A stretch of DNA of 64,000 nt from Spirochaetia bacterium (GTDB taxonomy: Bacteria; Spirochaetota; Spirochaetia; SZUA-6; Bin103). Below are positions 1 through 10,481 of this stretch, one piece after another. Where the stretch lies: assembly GCA_965198005.1 (NCBI GenBank), contig CBDAOI010000003.1:896001-960000 (forward strand), in the 5' to 3' direction. How positions within the stretch are numbered: position 1 is the first letter of the stretch; each line of letters begins with the position of its first letter. The notes below the pieces were generated by a model. It was not told the DNA's origin. It did not search any database and worked only from the letters and a program-made list of their open reading frames with translations. The translations under genes were made by a program, and so were the position numbers.

Positions 1-906
1 AAGATTGATATGCTGGGGACTGTCGGCAGCTCTCAATTAAGGTCTATCGACGAGGTAGAGAGACTCGAGCGGACCGACCCCGAAATCGAGCTGTATACGT
101 ATAAGTTTCGGTCCGACAACGTTTTCTATCTCGTCGGTCTGGACAGACCGCCCTGGAATGACATCCGGGTGCGCCAGGCCATGCAGATGGCACTGGACCT
201 CGAGACCGTTGTCGCTACCTACTATAAGGGTTATGGCGGTGCGACTCCGCAGGGACATATAGGCAATGATGTGCCGGGGATTGGCACGCCATTTGAGGAG
301 TGGCCCGAAGAGGTCAAGAAAACCTATAGGTATGACCCGGCAGGGGCAGAAGCGTTGCTTGATGAGGCTGGGCTTACCCGCGGCGCGGACGGCATTAGAT
401 ACAAGACCGGCCTGGCCTTCTTTGAACGGTACGATGTGAGCTATGCAGAACTGGCCGCGGGATACTGGCGTGAGATTGGTGTGGAGGTCGAGATAGATGT
501 TTTCGGTACTGAGGGATCCCAGGTGGCCAACCCAGAACAGGATACCTACAGAATTATTTGGGGGGAAGGGGCCTTCAGGTATGCTCTCTACCGTATTCTG
601 AACCAGTTTTATTCGGAATACCAGTGGAGCCGCAGTGGCGTGAAAGACCCCGAATATGACGCTCTGATTGATGCCGCCTCCGCTGCCACCTCCATCGAGG
701 AGAAGGATAGGTTCCTGAAAGAGGCAAATATGTACGTCATAGAAAAACAATTTAGGGTATGGGGTCCTGAAACCCCACAGTTCCAGGCAACGCAGCCGTG
801 GGTCAAAGGTTATAACGGCGAAGTGAGAGTAGGAGATGGTGAAACCCAGTCAGTCTTAGCCCGCGTCTGGATTGATAGTGAGCTGAAGGCAGCAATGGGT
901 TATTAG
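1..906 (+). CDS. ABC transporter substrate-binding protein family 5 (peptide/nickel), 5' part outside window
   Basis: Motifs DIRVRQAMQMALD and YDPAGAEALLDEAG; C-terminus ARVWIDSELKAAMGY closely matches the full paralog at 29633-31417. Confidence 0.9.
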   Translation, partial: KIDMLGTVGSSQLRSIDEVERLERTDPEIELYTYKFRSDNVFYLVGLDRPPWNDIRVRQAMQMALDLETVVATYYKGYGGATPQGHIGNDVPGIGTPFEEWPEEVKKTYRYDPAGAEALLDEAGLTRGADGIRYKTGLAFFERYDVSYAELAAGYWREIGVEVEIDVFGTEGSQVANPEQDTYRIIWGEGAFRYALYRILNQFYSEYQWSRSGVKDPEYDALIDAASAATSIEEKDRFLKEANMYVIEKQFRVWGPETPQFQATQPWVKGYNGEVRVGDGETQSVLARVWIDSELKAAMGY

Positions 907-1598
907 TGGGTTTCAGCAGCCGACAAGACTGCATTCCAGCCGGGGAAGGACCGGCCGTATCAATTACCCGGTTCGGGTACGTAGCGATGCCACAGTTCGT
1001 GTTGGGTAACCGCACGATAGCTGCGTGGTGTATAAGGCCCTGCCGCTTTGTCAGGCACAGGACTGCAAGGTGGGGGCATCCAGAGGGTCGAGCGAGCACA
1101 GGAGCCTGAACATAACGGAATGTCTGCAGCCCCGATATTTGACCCCCGGCGAAAGATGCTGTCCGGGACCTTTTGGTGTGCCGAGCACGTAAGCCCTGTT
1201 GCGAGGCCGACGCTCTTCGTGAAGAAACGGGTACATGCAGCGAAGAGACACTACGGGGGTAGGGGACCAAGCGACTGTGCAAGGAATGCAGGGACAAAGT
1301 CGGGAAGGACCATCTCCCAGCAGGGGTGTACCCGGGTAACGTGATAAGTCGCAGCGGGCATCGAGCCGGGCGTATGCGTGCCGTGCCAGCGCTTGAGCTT
1401 CGGCCCCGTCGGGAAGGTCCATCGGGTAAAGTGGGCATGGCCGCCAACCGGACTCGAGAAATTCGACCGTCCGGGATGAGAGGGGGGCTTCGCGGAAACG
1501 TGGACTATGGTGGAACTAGGATCCTGCCTCGCAATCGAAAGAGCGAGGTGGTTATGAATCTCTGCCTAAGGCTTGCGCGCGCCGCGATTCTACCCGGC
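906..1598 (+). ncRNA. ORF-less group II intron (ribozyme only); 5' boundary approximate (906-910)
   Basis: Domain V-like hairpin AACCGGAC-TCGAGAAATTCGA-CC-GTCCGGGAT at 1446-1477, then a domain VI-like stem (GGGGGGCTTCGCGG...CCGCGATTCTACCC) ending CTACCCGGC at 1598; no RT ORF; sequence after 1598 (CACCCCT) matches the post-stop sequence of the paralog after 31417. Confidence 0.75.
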
Positions 1599-1703
1599 CA
1601 CCCCTCTGGACTCCCCAAAACGGTGAGAGGCCAGGTTTTTTGGCAAGGGTCATGCGCACCTTAGAGAGTGCCGTGTGAGCCGGGCAAGGGGATCGTCTAA
1701 GTG

Positions 1704-1782
1704 GATTGCGGTTTTCACCGCAATGACGGGGAAAGAGGGCAACGAGATTGCCACGCCCCGATAAATCGGGGCTCGCAATGAC
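1704..1782. repeat. Two REP-like palindromes ending CGCAATGAC
   Basis: GATTGCGGTTTTCACCGCAATGAC (1704-1727) and GAGATTGCCACGCCCCGATAAATCGGGGCTCGCAATGAC (1744-1782). Confidence 0.55.
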
Positions 1783-1865
1783 GGGGGACATTGTAAGAAA
1801 TTGCCGGGAAATATGATGGACGCTAGAGATTCAGTTCTAGTCCGACGAATGATGAGGAGTGTGAC

Positions 1866-2861
1866 ATGAGAGCCTATATCATCAGGCGGTTATTGCTGAT
1901 AATCCCCACCCTGTCTATATTGACCATCCTGGTCTTTCTTTCGGTCCGCTTCATCCCGGGCGATATAGTAGACGTAATGGTCAGAAGGATGGAATGGCTG
2001 GGTGGCGTAGACCGTGAAGCTCTTGAGCATATGCTGGGCTTAGACGTACCTGTGCACGTACAGTATGGACGCTGGCTAGGAGTGTTGCCGACCCCTGACT
2101 GGGTTACCGGTGAGTCCCACTTTAAAGGTCTCCTCCAGGGAACCCTTGGCGAATCACTGATGGGCGGTGGGACGGTGGAGGATAGGATATTAAATGCACT
2201 GCCGGTAACCATCGAGCTTGGTTTGTTGTCAATCGTAATCGGGCTAGTAATAGGGCTGCCAGTCGGCATCTACTCGGCGATTCGCCAGGATACGGCCGCC
2301 GACTACGTGGGGCGCACCGCGGCCGTCATCGGCATGGCAACTCCCAACTTCTGGCTGGGAACCATGGTCATGATCTTCCCGGTAATCTGGTGGGGCTGGT
2401 CGCCACCGATGAGGTGGTTTCCTTTCACCGAAGACCCGCTGGGGAATTTGGCGGTGTTGATCATTCCCAGCCTGATTCTGGGGACGGCCGCTTCTGCAGC
2501 CTCAATGCGGATGACGCGCACCATGATGCTGGAGGTGCTCAGGCAGGACTACATTAGGACTGCCTGGGCCAAGGGTCTCAAGGAGAGGGTAGTTGTTATC
2601 AGACACGCCATCAAAAATGCCCTCATCCCGGTAGTTACCCTGGTAGGCCTGCAGTTGCCTCTGCTGGTAGGTGGCTCCGTTATCATGGAGAACATATTTA
2701 ACCTGCCGGGGATGGGTCGTGTCATGCTGGATTCACTCGCTGAAAGAGACTACCCGGTGGTCTCCGGAATAAACCTGTTTTTGGCCACCGTGGTTATGGC
2801 GAACAATCTATTTATCGACCTGATTTATCCTTATTTAGACCCCAGGCTACGATACAGGTAG
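1866..2861 (+). CDS. dppB: ABC transporter permease, DppB/OppB type
   Basis: MRAYIIRRLL start, EAA loop DYIRTAWAKGL, C-terminal YLDPR. Confidence 0.92.
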   Translation: MRAYIIRRLLLIIPTLSILTILVFLSVRFIPGDIVDVMVRRMEWLGGVDREALEHMLGLDVPVHVQYGRWLGVLPTPDWVTGESHFKGLLQGTLGESLMGGGTVEDRILNALPVTIELGLLSIVIGLVIGLPVGIYSAIRQDTAADYVGRTAAVIGMATPNFWLGTMVMIFPVIWWGWSPPMRWFPFTEDPLGNLAVLIIPSLILGTAASAASMRMTRTMMLEVLRQDYIRTAWAKGLKERVVVIRHAIKNALIPVVTLVGLQLPLLVGGSVIMENIFNLPGMGRVMLDSLAERDYPVVSGINLFLATVVMANNLFIDLIYPYLDPRLRYR

Positions 2862-2874
2862 TGGAGGCGAAAGG

Positions 2875-3846
2875 ATGAGTCAGCTTAGAGATATCCCGCG
2901 AGAAGAAGCCGAAACGAAGAGGCGCCACGCCTTAGCCGATTTCTTCGTCAGGCTGGTCAAGGAGAAGCCACTGGGTACTGCCTGCGGGATTATCATATTG
3001 ATATTGATTCTGGTGGCTATCTTTGCCGATGTTCTGGCTCCTTATCCATATTGGGAACAACACCTGGTAGACAGGCTGCAGGGCTCATCAGCCCAGTATC
3101 TGCTGGGTACCGACCAGTTGGGGCGAGACTTCTTGAGCCGCATCATCATAGGGGCTCGTCTTTCCATAGTTGTCGGTCTGGCGGCGACCGCTCTCAATGT
3201 TGTCGTCGCTCTCCTGATAGGTGGCACTTCAGGATTCCTGGGTGGTAAACTGGACCTGGCTGTGCAAAGATTTGTCGATGCCTGGATGTCTTTCCCGGGA
3301 CTGCTCCTGTTGTTAACCATAATGTCCATAGCGGGGCGGGGTATACCACAGATAATAGTGGTCCTGGGGATAACAGGAGGCATCGGCGGCTCAAGAACAG
3401 TAAGAGGCGCCGTTATCGCAGTAAAAGAGAACGACTATTTTCAGGCAGCGGAGTCGATTGGCTCTTCAAAATGGAGAACATTTATCCGACATGTGCTTCG
3501 CAATATTGCGGCTCCCATAATCATTATATTAAGCATCAATATCGGGGGGGTGATTATGTCTGAGGCTTCTTTAAGTTTCCTCGGCTTTGGTCTGCCCATC
3601 GGGGTTCCCAGCTGGGGAGGTCTGCTCAGCCGGGAAGGGCGCCAGTTCATGGAGGATGCTCCCTGGCTGGCGCTCTGGCCGGGATTCTGCCTGACGATTG
3701 TCGTCTACAGTTTCAACATGTTCGGCGACGCGGTGAGGGACCTGCTTGATCCCAGGCTCAGGGGTGGCGCGGGGCATCCCGGTGCCTATGGCGCGAAGTC
3801 TGCTGAGAAAGCCAGGAAAAGACTGGAGTCCAGGGCAAACAAGTAG
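2875..3846 (+). CDS. dppC: ABC transporter permease, DppC/OppC type
   Basis: LGTDQLGRD, EASLSFLGFG...PSWG, GDAVRDLLDPR. Confidence 0.92.
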   Translation: MSQLRDIPREEAETKRRHALADFFVRLVKEKPLGTACGIIILILILVAIFADVLAPYPYWEQHLVDRLQGSSAQYLLGTDQLGRDFLSRIIIGARLSIVVGLAATALNVVVALLIGGTSGFLGGKLDLAVQRFVDAWMSFPGLLLLLTIMSIAGRGIPQIIVVLGITGGIGGSRTVRGAVIAVKENDYFQAAESIGSSKWRTFIRHVLRNIAAPIIIILSINIGGVIMSEASLSFLGFGLPIGVPSWGGLLSREGRQFMEDAPWLALWPGFCLTIVVYSFNMFGDAVRDLLDPRLRGGAGHPGAYGAKSAEKARKRLESRANK

Positions 3847-3979
3847 CGATGGGACTCGTCGAGAAAGCGGCTATTTCAGCCACACGTGCGATCGAGTACC
3901 CGAGCATTTCGTCAACGTCTCCTTTCTAACACACGCTGATCCAAAAGCACGGCAGCTGCAGGGTTTGTAGTACTCCAAT

Positions 3980-4853
3980 GTGGGCTTACAGCAGCAGGTG
4001 CCGCTACCGCAACCAACCCCAGAGCCCCACCCAGGCTATCTGCCACGGGCGCAGAACCTCCTGCAGCGCGTTTTCAAGGAGCACTTCTCGGAGTTTGCTG
4101 CTTGTTATGATGAGCGGTACGCGGGGCAGTACGGCAGGTTCAGGCTGGAGCGCATCCAGAAAGTGGCCCAGCGGTTCACCGTGTGCGGTGACTACGCTCG
4201 CGGTGTTGCCCGCATCCGGTGCACCAACACCGAATGTGGCCACGATCACTTTCGTCCCTTCAGCTGTAAACGTAAGCGAAGCGTCGTCGGATTTTACCTC
4301 TGTCCGTCCTGCTCCCAGAAACGCACCCTGCTGCTCTCGGAGTATCTCAGCGAGCGGCTGCTGCTGCGGCTGCCGCATCGTCAGTTCGTCTTCTCCTTCC
4401 CCAAGGCGTTGCGGGTGTTCTTCAAGTACAACCGGAGGCTGTTCTGTGCGGTCTCTCGGCTGCTGTTTGCCATCGTCCAAAGCTTCTACAACGAGGCTGC
4501 CGGGAACAAGGTGAGAACCGCAGCGGTGATCGCCTACCAGTCGTCGGGCGACCTTTTGCGGTTCAACCCTCACTTCCACGCCCTGATCCTGGAGGGCGCT
4601 TCGATGCAGCGGGCCGCTTCATCTTCATCCCCTTGGGCGATCTGGCCCGGATGACTCAATACCTGCGGCGCCGAGTGCTGAAGTTGTTCCTGGACAAGAG
4701 GTTGATCAGTCGGAGCTTCGCCGAGAATCTGCTGCGCTGGCGTCATTCCGGATTCAGCATCGACCATTCGGTGCGGCTGCACGCGCACGATCAGCAGGCG
4801 CGCTGGGCGCTCTCACAATACATCGCCCGCCCACCACTTTTCGCTGAAGAAGA
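3980..4853 (+). pseudogene. IS91-family (Y2/HUH) transposase, frameshifted near 4598 and 3'-truncated
   Basis: Zn-binding CGD...C..CGH...SCK...CPSC, HUH motif FNPHFHAL, then HSGFSID and YIARPP in the next frame; ends at the RIT junction. Confidence 0.85.
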
Positions 4854-5707
4854 AGCCATGCCCGAATCGTGTTGAGGTCCACGCCGGCACGCAACAGGTG
4901 AGTCGCCGTGGTGTGGCGAATCACGTGCGGGCTGACGCGCTTGCCGACCAGCGACGATACCCGGGCTGAGGCGACGGTCGCGCAGCGACCGACCAAGCGG
5001 CCGATGCCGAAGCGGGTGATCGGTTGTCCGTGCCGGTTGAGGAAGACCTGCTCCGCGGCAGGGCGCCCATCGACCAAAGCTGTCAGCAGGCGCGCCGTGC
5101 GCGGCCAGAGCGGGCACTGACGGACCTTGCCGCCCTTTCCGCGTACCGTTGCCAGAGAAGGATGCGACCCGGGGACGGTCAGTTGTAGATCGCCGACCGT
5201 GAGTTGCGCGGCCTCGGACGCCCGGACGCCGGTGTTGTAGAGGAACAGCAGCAGGGCACGCTCGCGGCGGCCCTGCCGCGTGCCGTGGTTGGGAGCGTCG
5301 AGTAAGGCGTCGATCTCGGACTTCTCCAGATAGGAGATCGGCTTGGGGGCCGCCTTCTTGCGGGGCAGAGCACGGATCTGCGTGCACCATTCGACGTGCT
5401 CGGGACTGCGGCTGCCGACGAAGCGGGCAAACGAACAGATGGCCGTGAGCCGCTGATTGCGGGTCTGCGGGGAGCAGCCCCGCGCATCTTCAAGATGTGC
5501 GAGGAACTGCAGCACACGCTCGGAGGTGAGATCGAAGACGGCCAGCCGGTCGACCGGTTTGCGCCGCGCGCGGCTGACGAAGGGGAGCAGCAAAACCAGC
5601 GTGTCACGGTAGCTGCGTTGAGTGTTGCGGGCCAGATTACGCTCACTCACCAGATGCTCCGCGAGGAAGCGTCGCAGCCAAGGGCCCAGAGTACGGGTAT
5701 CAGTCAT
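4854..5707 (-). pseudogene. RitC-like tyrosine recombinase truncated before the GH...Y motif
   Basis: YNTGVR, GKGGK, HVIRH present; protein diverges after NTIRAWL, so the catalytic Tyr is missing. Confidence 0.85.
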
Positions 5708-6653
5708 CGCGGCCTCCGGTTGCGGTCTCTGCGTAGCGCTCGAAGCGGAGCGAAGCCGCGCGCAGCAACTCAGGGGTCATGCTGAGATAGACAGCGGTTC
5801 CTGCGATGTTGACGTGGCCCAGGTAGGTGGAGAGGAATGGCAGCAAGCGTTGCACGTCCTTCCCTTGGCGGTACCAGGAGGTCAGTCGATGGACGGCGAA
5901 CGAATGTCGCAGGTCGTGCAGGCGCGGCTGACGGCGGGCTCCGACCGGGTTCCGCACTCCAGCCGCTTGGCGCAAAGCGGCGAACGCCGTGTGCACGGTT
6001 GTGCGCGCCAGCGGCGTGCCATCGCGATTCGCAAGGAAAGGCAAATCGTGCGCTGCATGGGCGGTGTAGGGCACCCGCCGCGCGACGTATTCCGCGAGCA
6101 CCTGGGTAAGGTGCGACCCCAGCGGCACGAGCCGGCTCTTGTAGAACTTGGTCTCGCGCACGGTGAGCAGCCCGGCCGGCAGGTCGACGTCGGCCTGCGT
6201 GAGCCGCCGCGCTTCGCCGTGCCGCAAGCCGGCTCCGTACAGCAACAGCAGCAGCGCGCGGAACGTGTGCGCCTGCAACTGCACCGCTCGCTTGCGACAG
6301 CCATCCACGGCGTCGAACAGGCGGCGCAGTTCGTCACGCGAATAGATGTACGCCGGTGCGGACGGGGGCTCCTTCGGTTCGTCCGCAGGCAACGGCGAAT
6401 GGGTCGCGTGGCCGCGGCTGATCGCATAGCGGTAGAAACCGACGAGCACCGTACGCTTGTTGGCCCGGTAGCGGGTGAGGAAGCCGTTGCCTGCGAGGAA
6501 GGCACGCGCCTGTTCGGTGCCTGCGGCGTCGCAGCCGACCTCGCCGCCGACGCTGCGGCAGTAGAGGTGCAGAATGCTGGCGCCGGACCTGAAGTGCGCA
6601 CCCCGCGCTTGCCGCCAAGCGATGTATTGATCAACGACCTCAGCGAGCGTCAT
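5700..6653 (-). CDS. RitB-like tyrosine recombinase
   Basis: Starts MTLAEVVDQY; YGAGLR, TKFYK, HDLRH, YLGH, TAVY all present. Confidence 0.88.
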   Translation of the reverse strand: MTLAEVVDQYIAWRQARGAHFRSGASILHLYCRSVGGEVGCDAAGTEQARAFLAGNGFLTRYRANKRTVLVGFYRYAISRGHATHSPLPADEPKEPPSAPAYIYSRDELRRLFDAVDGCRKRAVQLQAHTFRALLLLLYGAGLRHGEARRLTQADVDLPAGLLTVRETKFYKSRLVPLGSHLTQVLAEYVARRVPYTAHAAHDLPFLANRDGTPLARTTVHTAFAALRQAAGVRNPVGARRQPRLHDLRHSFAVHRLTSWYRQGKDVQRLLPFLSTYLGHVNIAGTAVYLSMTPELLRAASLRFERYAETATGGRDD

Positions 6654-7726
6654 ATCAGCCACTCCAGGTCGATGTCCGCCACTTGGCGCAGTCCGGCGAG
6701 ATCGACCTTGGCGTATACCGCCGTTGTGGTCGGGCTGCGATGCCCGAGATGGTCTCCGATCTCCTTGAACGACAGCCCTTGGTCCAACAGGCGCTGCGCG
6801 CATGCGTGGCGTAGCGCGTGTGGTCCTCGGCGCTGTGAGACGACCCCCAGGCGGCGCAAGCGACGGCTGACCAGAGCCTGCACTCCGGCGGTAGCAAGCG
6901 GGCGGAACGGGGCTCTGAGCGTGAGGAACAGGGCACGCTCGCCTCACCGGCGCGCAAGCCGTACACCGCGAACAGCAGCACCACGGCGCGGTCACGCTTG
7001 TCCGCAGGGCGCTCACCCTCGGTCGTCCCGAGCAAGCGCTGGACATCCTCCCAGGCCAGCCCCGCGGGGACCGTCTCGCCTTGGTACATGCGCTCCGGCA
7101 TGATTGCTGCGGCCAAGCCCGGCGCGCACCAGCCCCGCCCTTCGGCGTAGCGGAAGAATATGCGCAGGCGTTTTGCGTAGCTGCAGATCGAAACCCGAGC
7201 ACATCTGCCGCTGGCGCTCTGCTCGGCCACGAACCGATCCAGGTCCGCGATCGCAAGCGTGTGCAGTGGTCGATCCTGATCGCGGAACCGACTGAGGAAC
7301 TCGTCCACTATCCAGCAGCGGCTGTGGATCGTGTGCTCGGACAAACCGCATTCCCGCCGCATCCAGTCGGCAAACGCCGCGACCTTCGGCACATGCTGAT
7401 GGCGCGCAACAACCGGTGGCACCTCCAAGCGGCCCAGGAAGCGCAGCCACCGCGCCGCCCGCGCCACGAACACCGCTACGGCGGCCGGCTTGGCATGCTT
7501 GCCCGCCCGCCGCAGGCGTGGCAGCGCCCACTGCACGGCTGCAGCTTCGACCTGCGCAAGCTGGACCTTGCCGTTGCCCTCCCGCAAATCCAGCAAGCGC
7601 ACGACCTCAACCTGATTGCCGGCAATCTTGCGCAGGGTCGAGCGTTTGGCTCCCAACTTGAGCCAGTGCCTGAGATAGCGCAGGCGGCTATCCGCAAGGG
7701 GCGCCGTCCGGTACTGCTCGACCGTG
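6650..7726 (-). pseudogene. RitA-like tyrosine recombinase with internal deletion/frameshift (~6940), 5' end cut by IS21
   Basis: N-part up to YGLRAGEA in one frame; HALRH...LGH...TAVY C-part (6650-6883) in another; middle missing. Confidence 0.82.
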
Positions 7727-8245
7727 TGCAGATTCCGGTGCAAAAAAGCCACTGATTCCGTTTTGAGAGAGCCAGCCGTCCGGAAATAAAAAGCCACCCG
7801 TCCGGCGGAAAAAAGCCACTTGGAGGCTGATTTCCGGACGGGGTCGGCCGATCCTCCGCTACGCTCCCCCCAAAACCTTATAGGAGGGAGTCGCATGGCA
7901 CGCAGGAGGATTCGCGTGGAGAAGATCAAAGAGGTCATCCGCTACGGGGTGACCACCGAGCTCAGTGAGCGAGCGATTGGACGAGCGCTGAAGGTCTCGC
8001 GCACGGTGGTGGCGAAGTACCTGGAGTGGTTCCGCGACAGCGGACTGAGCTGGGAGCAGGCGCAGGAGCTGCCCGACAGCAAGCTGCTGACCGTATTGGA
8101 GGGCACGCGCGCCCCGGAGACGAACGCGCGCTATGAGCGACTGGCCGAACGGTTTCCGACGATGGTCAAGGAGCTGCGGCGCAAGGGAGTAACGCTGCAG
8201 TTGCTCTGGGAGGAGTACCAGCGCGCGCACCCTGACGGCTACCAG
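7727..8245 (+). mobile_element. istA: IS21-family left end plus 5' fragment of istA (7895-8245)
   Basis: Starts TGCAGATTCCGG; four AGCCA-core repeats at ~22-bp period (7748, 7771, 7793, 7815); MARRRIRVEKIKEVIR HTH and KGVTLQLLWEEY...PDGY typical of IstA. Confidence 0.85.
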
Positions 8246-8397
8246 TGTTGCCCGCCAGGTGAGATTTCCGAGATGTGGACAAATCCGCCAGTGGGGGTAG
8301 GATAGGTTCGCCCGGGAAGCGTTCCGGAGATCACGAAAAAAGATAGGGGCCACCGCCAGTACTTACTCCGGGTACAACGGTGACCCCCACCTAAAAG

Positions 8398-9072
8398 CTG
8401 GATCATCCTAAACTAGACGGCTTCGACTTTCAAGCCTACCGCCAATCCCTGATCAGAGAAGGCGGCAAGCGTCCCTGCGTGCTGTGCGGGGAGAGCCATG
8501 CGGTGGTGATTCATTGCTACTGCAAACGCCTGGTGCGGTGCACCGACGGCAGTAATCACCAACACCTGATCGTGGTGATCATCTGTGAGCGGGCGCGGGA
8601 AGCGGGCACCCAGTACACCAAACGCATGCTGCCGTGGTTTGTGATTCCCGAGTGCAACATCAGGCTCGACCTGGTGCTCGAGCTGCGGAAGAAGCACCCC
8701 ACGGCCGGCAGCGCGCGTGACCACGGCTACGCGGTGATCGGCAGCGCCTGTGAGCGCACCATAGCGCGTCATCTGCTGTGGGTGGACGACAACATCGCAG
8801 CGATGCTGCTGGAGGTGAACGAGTGGGTGGCCGAGCTGGCGCCGTTCACCGCCTTGCCACCGGTGCGCGTGGGCGAAGATGCGCTGGCGCAGTTGCGGCG
8901 CTCAGTGGCCGCGCTGGAGAAGGCCAGACAGGCCGCGCTCACCGCCATCGGAGTAGCGTTCACCGTTATCGGCTGCGTTCACCTCGCCTACGTCGCGGAG
9001 CGCGCCCGGAGCCCCCCGCCGATTTCATTGAGTTTAGTATTTCGAGGCGGCTGTTGGTTTGATACCACTTAA
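8398..9072 (+). CDS. Transposon ORF1, putative Zn-binding protein (DUF6431-like); start uncertain (CTG 8398 or GTG 8479)
   Basis: Frame open from 8395; PCVLCG...H..IH...R....C...TKRMLPWFVIP pattern. Confidence 0.6.
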   Translation: MDHPKLDGFDFQAYRQSLIREGGKRPCVLCGESHAVVIHCYCKRLVRCTDGSNHQHLIVVIICERAREAGTQYTKRMLPWFVIPECNIRLDLVLELRKKHPTAGSARDHGYAVIGSACERTIARHLLWVDDNIAAMLLEVNEWVAELAPFTALPPVRVGEDALAQLRRSVAALEKARQAALTAIGVAFTVIGCVHLAYVAERARSPPPISLSLVFRGGCWFDTT

Positions 9073-9691
9073 GCATCCACCCACAGGAGGCATCAAAGTG
9101 GATCAACTACTGGTTTCCCCCGACCGTTTGGCGCAGCTGGAAGAGCTGCTGCTGCTCTTTCATCGGATCTTGACCGAACCGACGCCACCGCCACGCCGCC
9201 GCGACTGGTTGCTGGAGCATTGCCGGCGCAGGAGCGCCGATGAGCGCGATCTGTGGCGTGCCCTGGCTGGCTACCGCAGCAGCGATGCGACGGCGTTGCT
9301 GCATGCCGACCACACCCGGGGGTCGATCTTCAGCCGCCAGGCGGCGCTGGTGCGGGAGAACATTCTGAGCCAGCTCATCGATGCTCCCCAGTGCGTGCTG
9401 GGCGGGTTCGATGAACTCTCCCAGCTGCTGCAGCTGATCGGCGACCGGTTGCAGTTTCTCTGTGACTGGGTGCTGGAGTTGTTCCTCACTCCCGAGCCGT
9501 GGCAGCCGCTCGATTCACACCACCTGGAGGTAGCCGGCGAGGTGCTGCTGCAGAAGCTCGCCGAGGAGGTCGAGCGCCTGCGTGAGCTGTACGCTGAGCA
9601 GCCCCGCCTGTCCCTCGACGAGCTCACCAGCGAGTACCGCGATTGGCTGTGCCGGCGGGCCGTCGTCGGCGAGCGCGAGGACCTCGAATGA
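9059..9691 (+). CDS. Transposon ORF2, hypothetical helical protein
   Basis: 210-aa ORF overlapping ORF1 and coupled (ATGA) to the transposase. Confidence 0.65.
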   Translation: MIPLKHPPTGGIKVDQLLVSPDRLAQLEELLLLFHRILTEPTPPPRRRDWLLEHCRRRSADERDLWRALAGYRSSDATALLHADHTRGSIFSRQAALVRENILSQLIDAPQCVLGGFDELSQLLQLIGDRLQFLCDWVLELFLTPEPWQPLDSHHLEVAGEVLLQKLAEEVERLRELYAEQPRLSLDELTSEYRDWLCRRAVVGEREDLE

Positions 9692-10388
9692 GCGGCCCCG
9701 ACTTCCCTTGGGAGCAGATCCCGGACGCGGCCATGGAGGCGTTTGACGAACGCCTGCGCTTGGTCGAGATGCTGCTCGACCCGCACATCGGGAACGCCGA
9801 CAAACGCGCGGAACGCCGGCGCTACTGCGAGCAGCATCGGGTTGGGGAGCGCACCATCAGAGGCTACCTCCACCGCTATCGCAAGAAGGGCCCCCGGGGG
9901 CTGCTGTTCTACCGGCCGCGGCCCACCTCGCCTCGCGTCCACGATCCTGGGCTGCGCGCCAAGCTCCTCGCGCTGGTCAACGAGCTGCCCACCAGGAGCG
10001 TCCCCCAACTGCGCAAGCTGCTCGCCACCGACGATCAGTTGGGCAGCAAGATCAAACGCATCTCAGATCGCACCATCTACCGCTTCCTGGCCGAGCAGGG
10101 TCTCACCCAACAGGTCCGCTACCGCATGCTCGCTGAAGACTCGCGCAGCTCCTACCGCTCGTTCGAGGCACCGCACTCCCTGGCCCTCCTGCAGGCCGAC
10201 GCCCGCGACGGCATCTGGCTCGACACCCCCCAAGGCCGCAAGAAAACCTACCTGTTCCTCTGGATCGACGACTTCTCCCGCAAAATCCTGTTCGGCAAGT
10301 ACTATTTCGACGAGAAGCTGCCCGCCCTGATGGACAGCTTCCGCTATTGCGTCCTGCGTTACGGCGTGCCGGTTCGGTGCTACGTCGA
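9688..10388 (+). pseudogene. DDE (rve/Mu-type) transposase, N-terminal part, interrupted by RIT
   Basis: HTH motifs, LLQAD, WIDDFSR, YGVP..CYVD. Confidence 0.88.
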
Positions 10389-10475
10389 TTATCCCGAAAA
10401 AAATGAAATGCCGAAGTTTGTCGGTAACTTGTTTCCACACAAACAGATAGCGTTGCAAACTTCGGCATAACATTG
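10383..10475. repeat. RIT terminal inverted repeat (left)
   Basis: 90/93 identical to the reverse complement of 13771-13863; internal ATGCCGAAGTTTG...CAAACTTCGGCAT dyad. Confidence 0.95.
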
Positions 10476-10481
10476 GGGCTC

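Larger units (their letters stand above)
4854..7726 (-). mobile_element. RIT element remnant (three overlapping tyrosine recombinases), both ends lost
   Basis: Three tandem XerC/D-like ORFs with overlapping stop/start codons; truncated by IS91 sequence on one side and an IS21 end on the other. Confidence 0.85.

Noticed and set aside
906-1664. Short ORFs overlapping the intron region as a possible intron-encoded protein
   Set aside because: No RT motifs such as YADD; better explained as chance ORFs in structured RNA.
5622-7103. 493-aa plus-strand ORF and many other long antisense or alternate-frame ORFs (e.g. 34893-36440, 41593-43206, 54494-56092, 56108-57598)
   Set aside because: Shadow ORFs of recognisable genes in high-GC DNA; Arg/Ala/Gly/Pro-rich with no motifs.
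7741-7820. Regularly spaced AAAAGCCAC-type repeats as a mini-CRISPR or iterons
   Set aside because: Too short, no unique spacers or cas genes; they fit IS21 terminal repeats.
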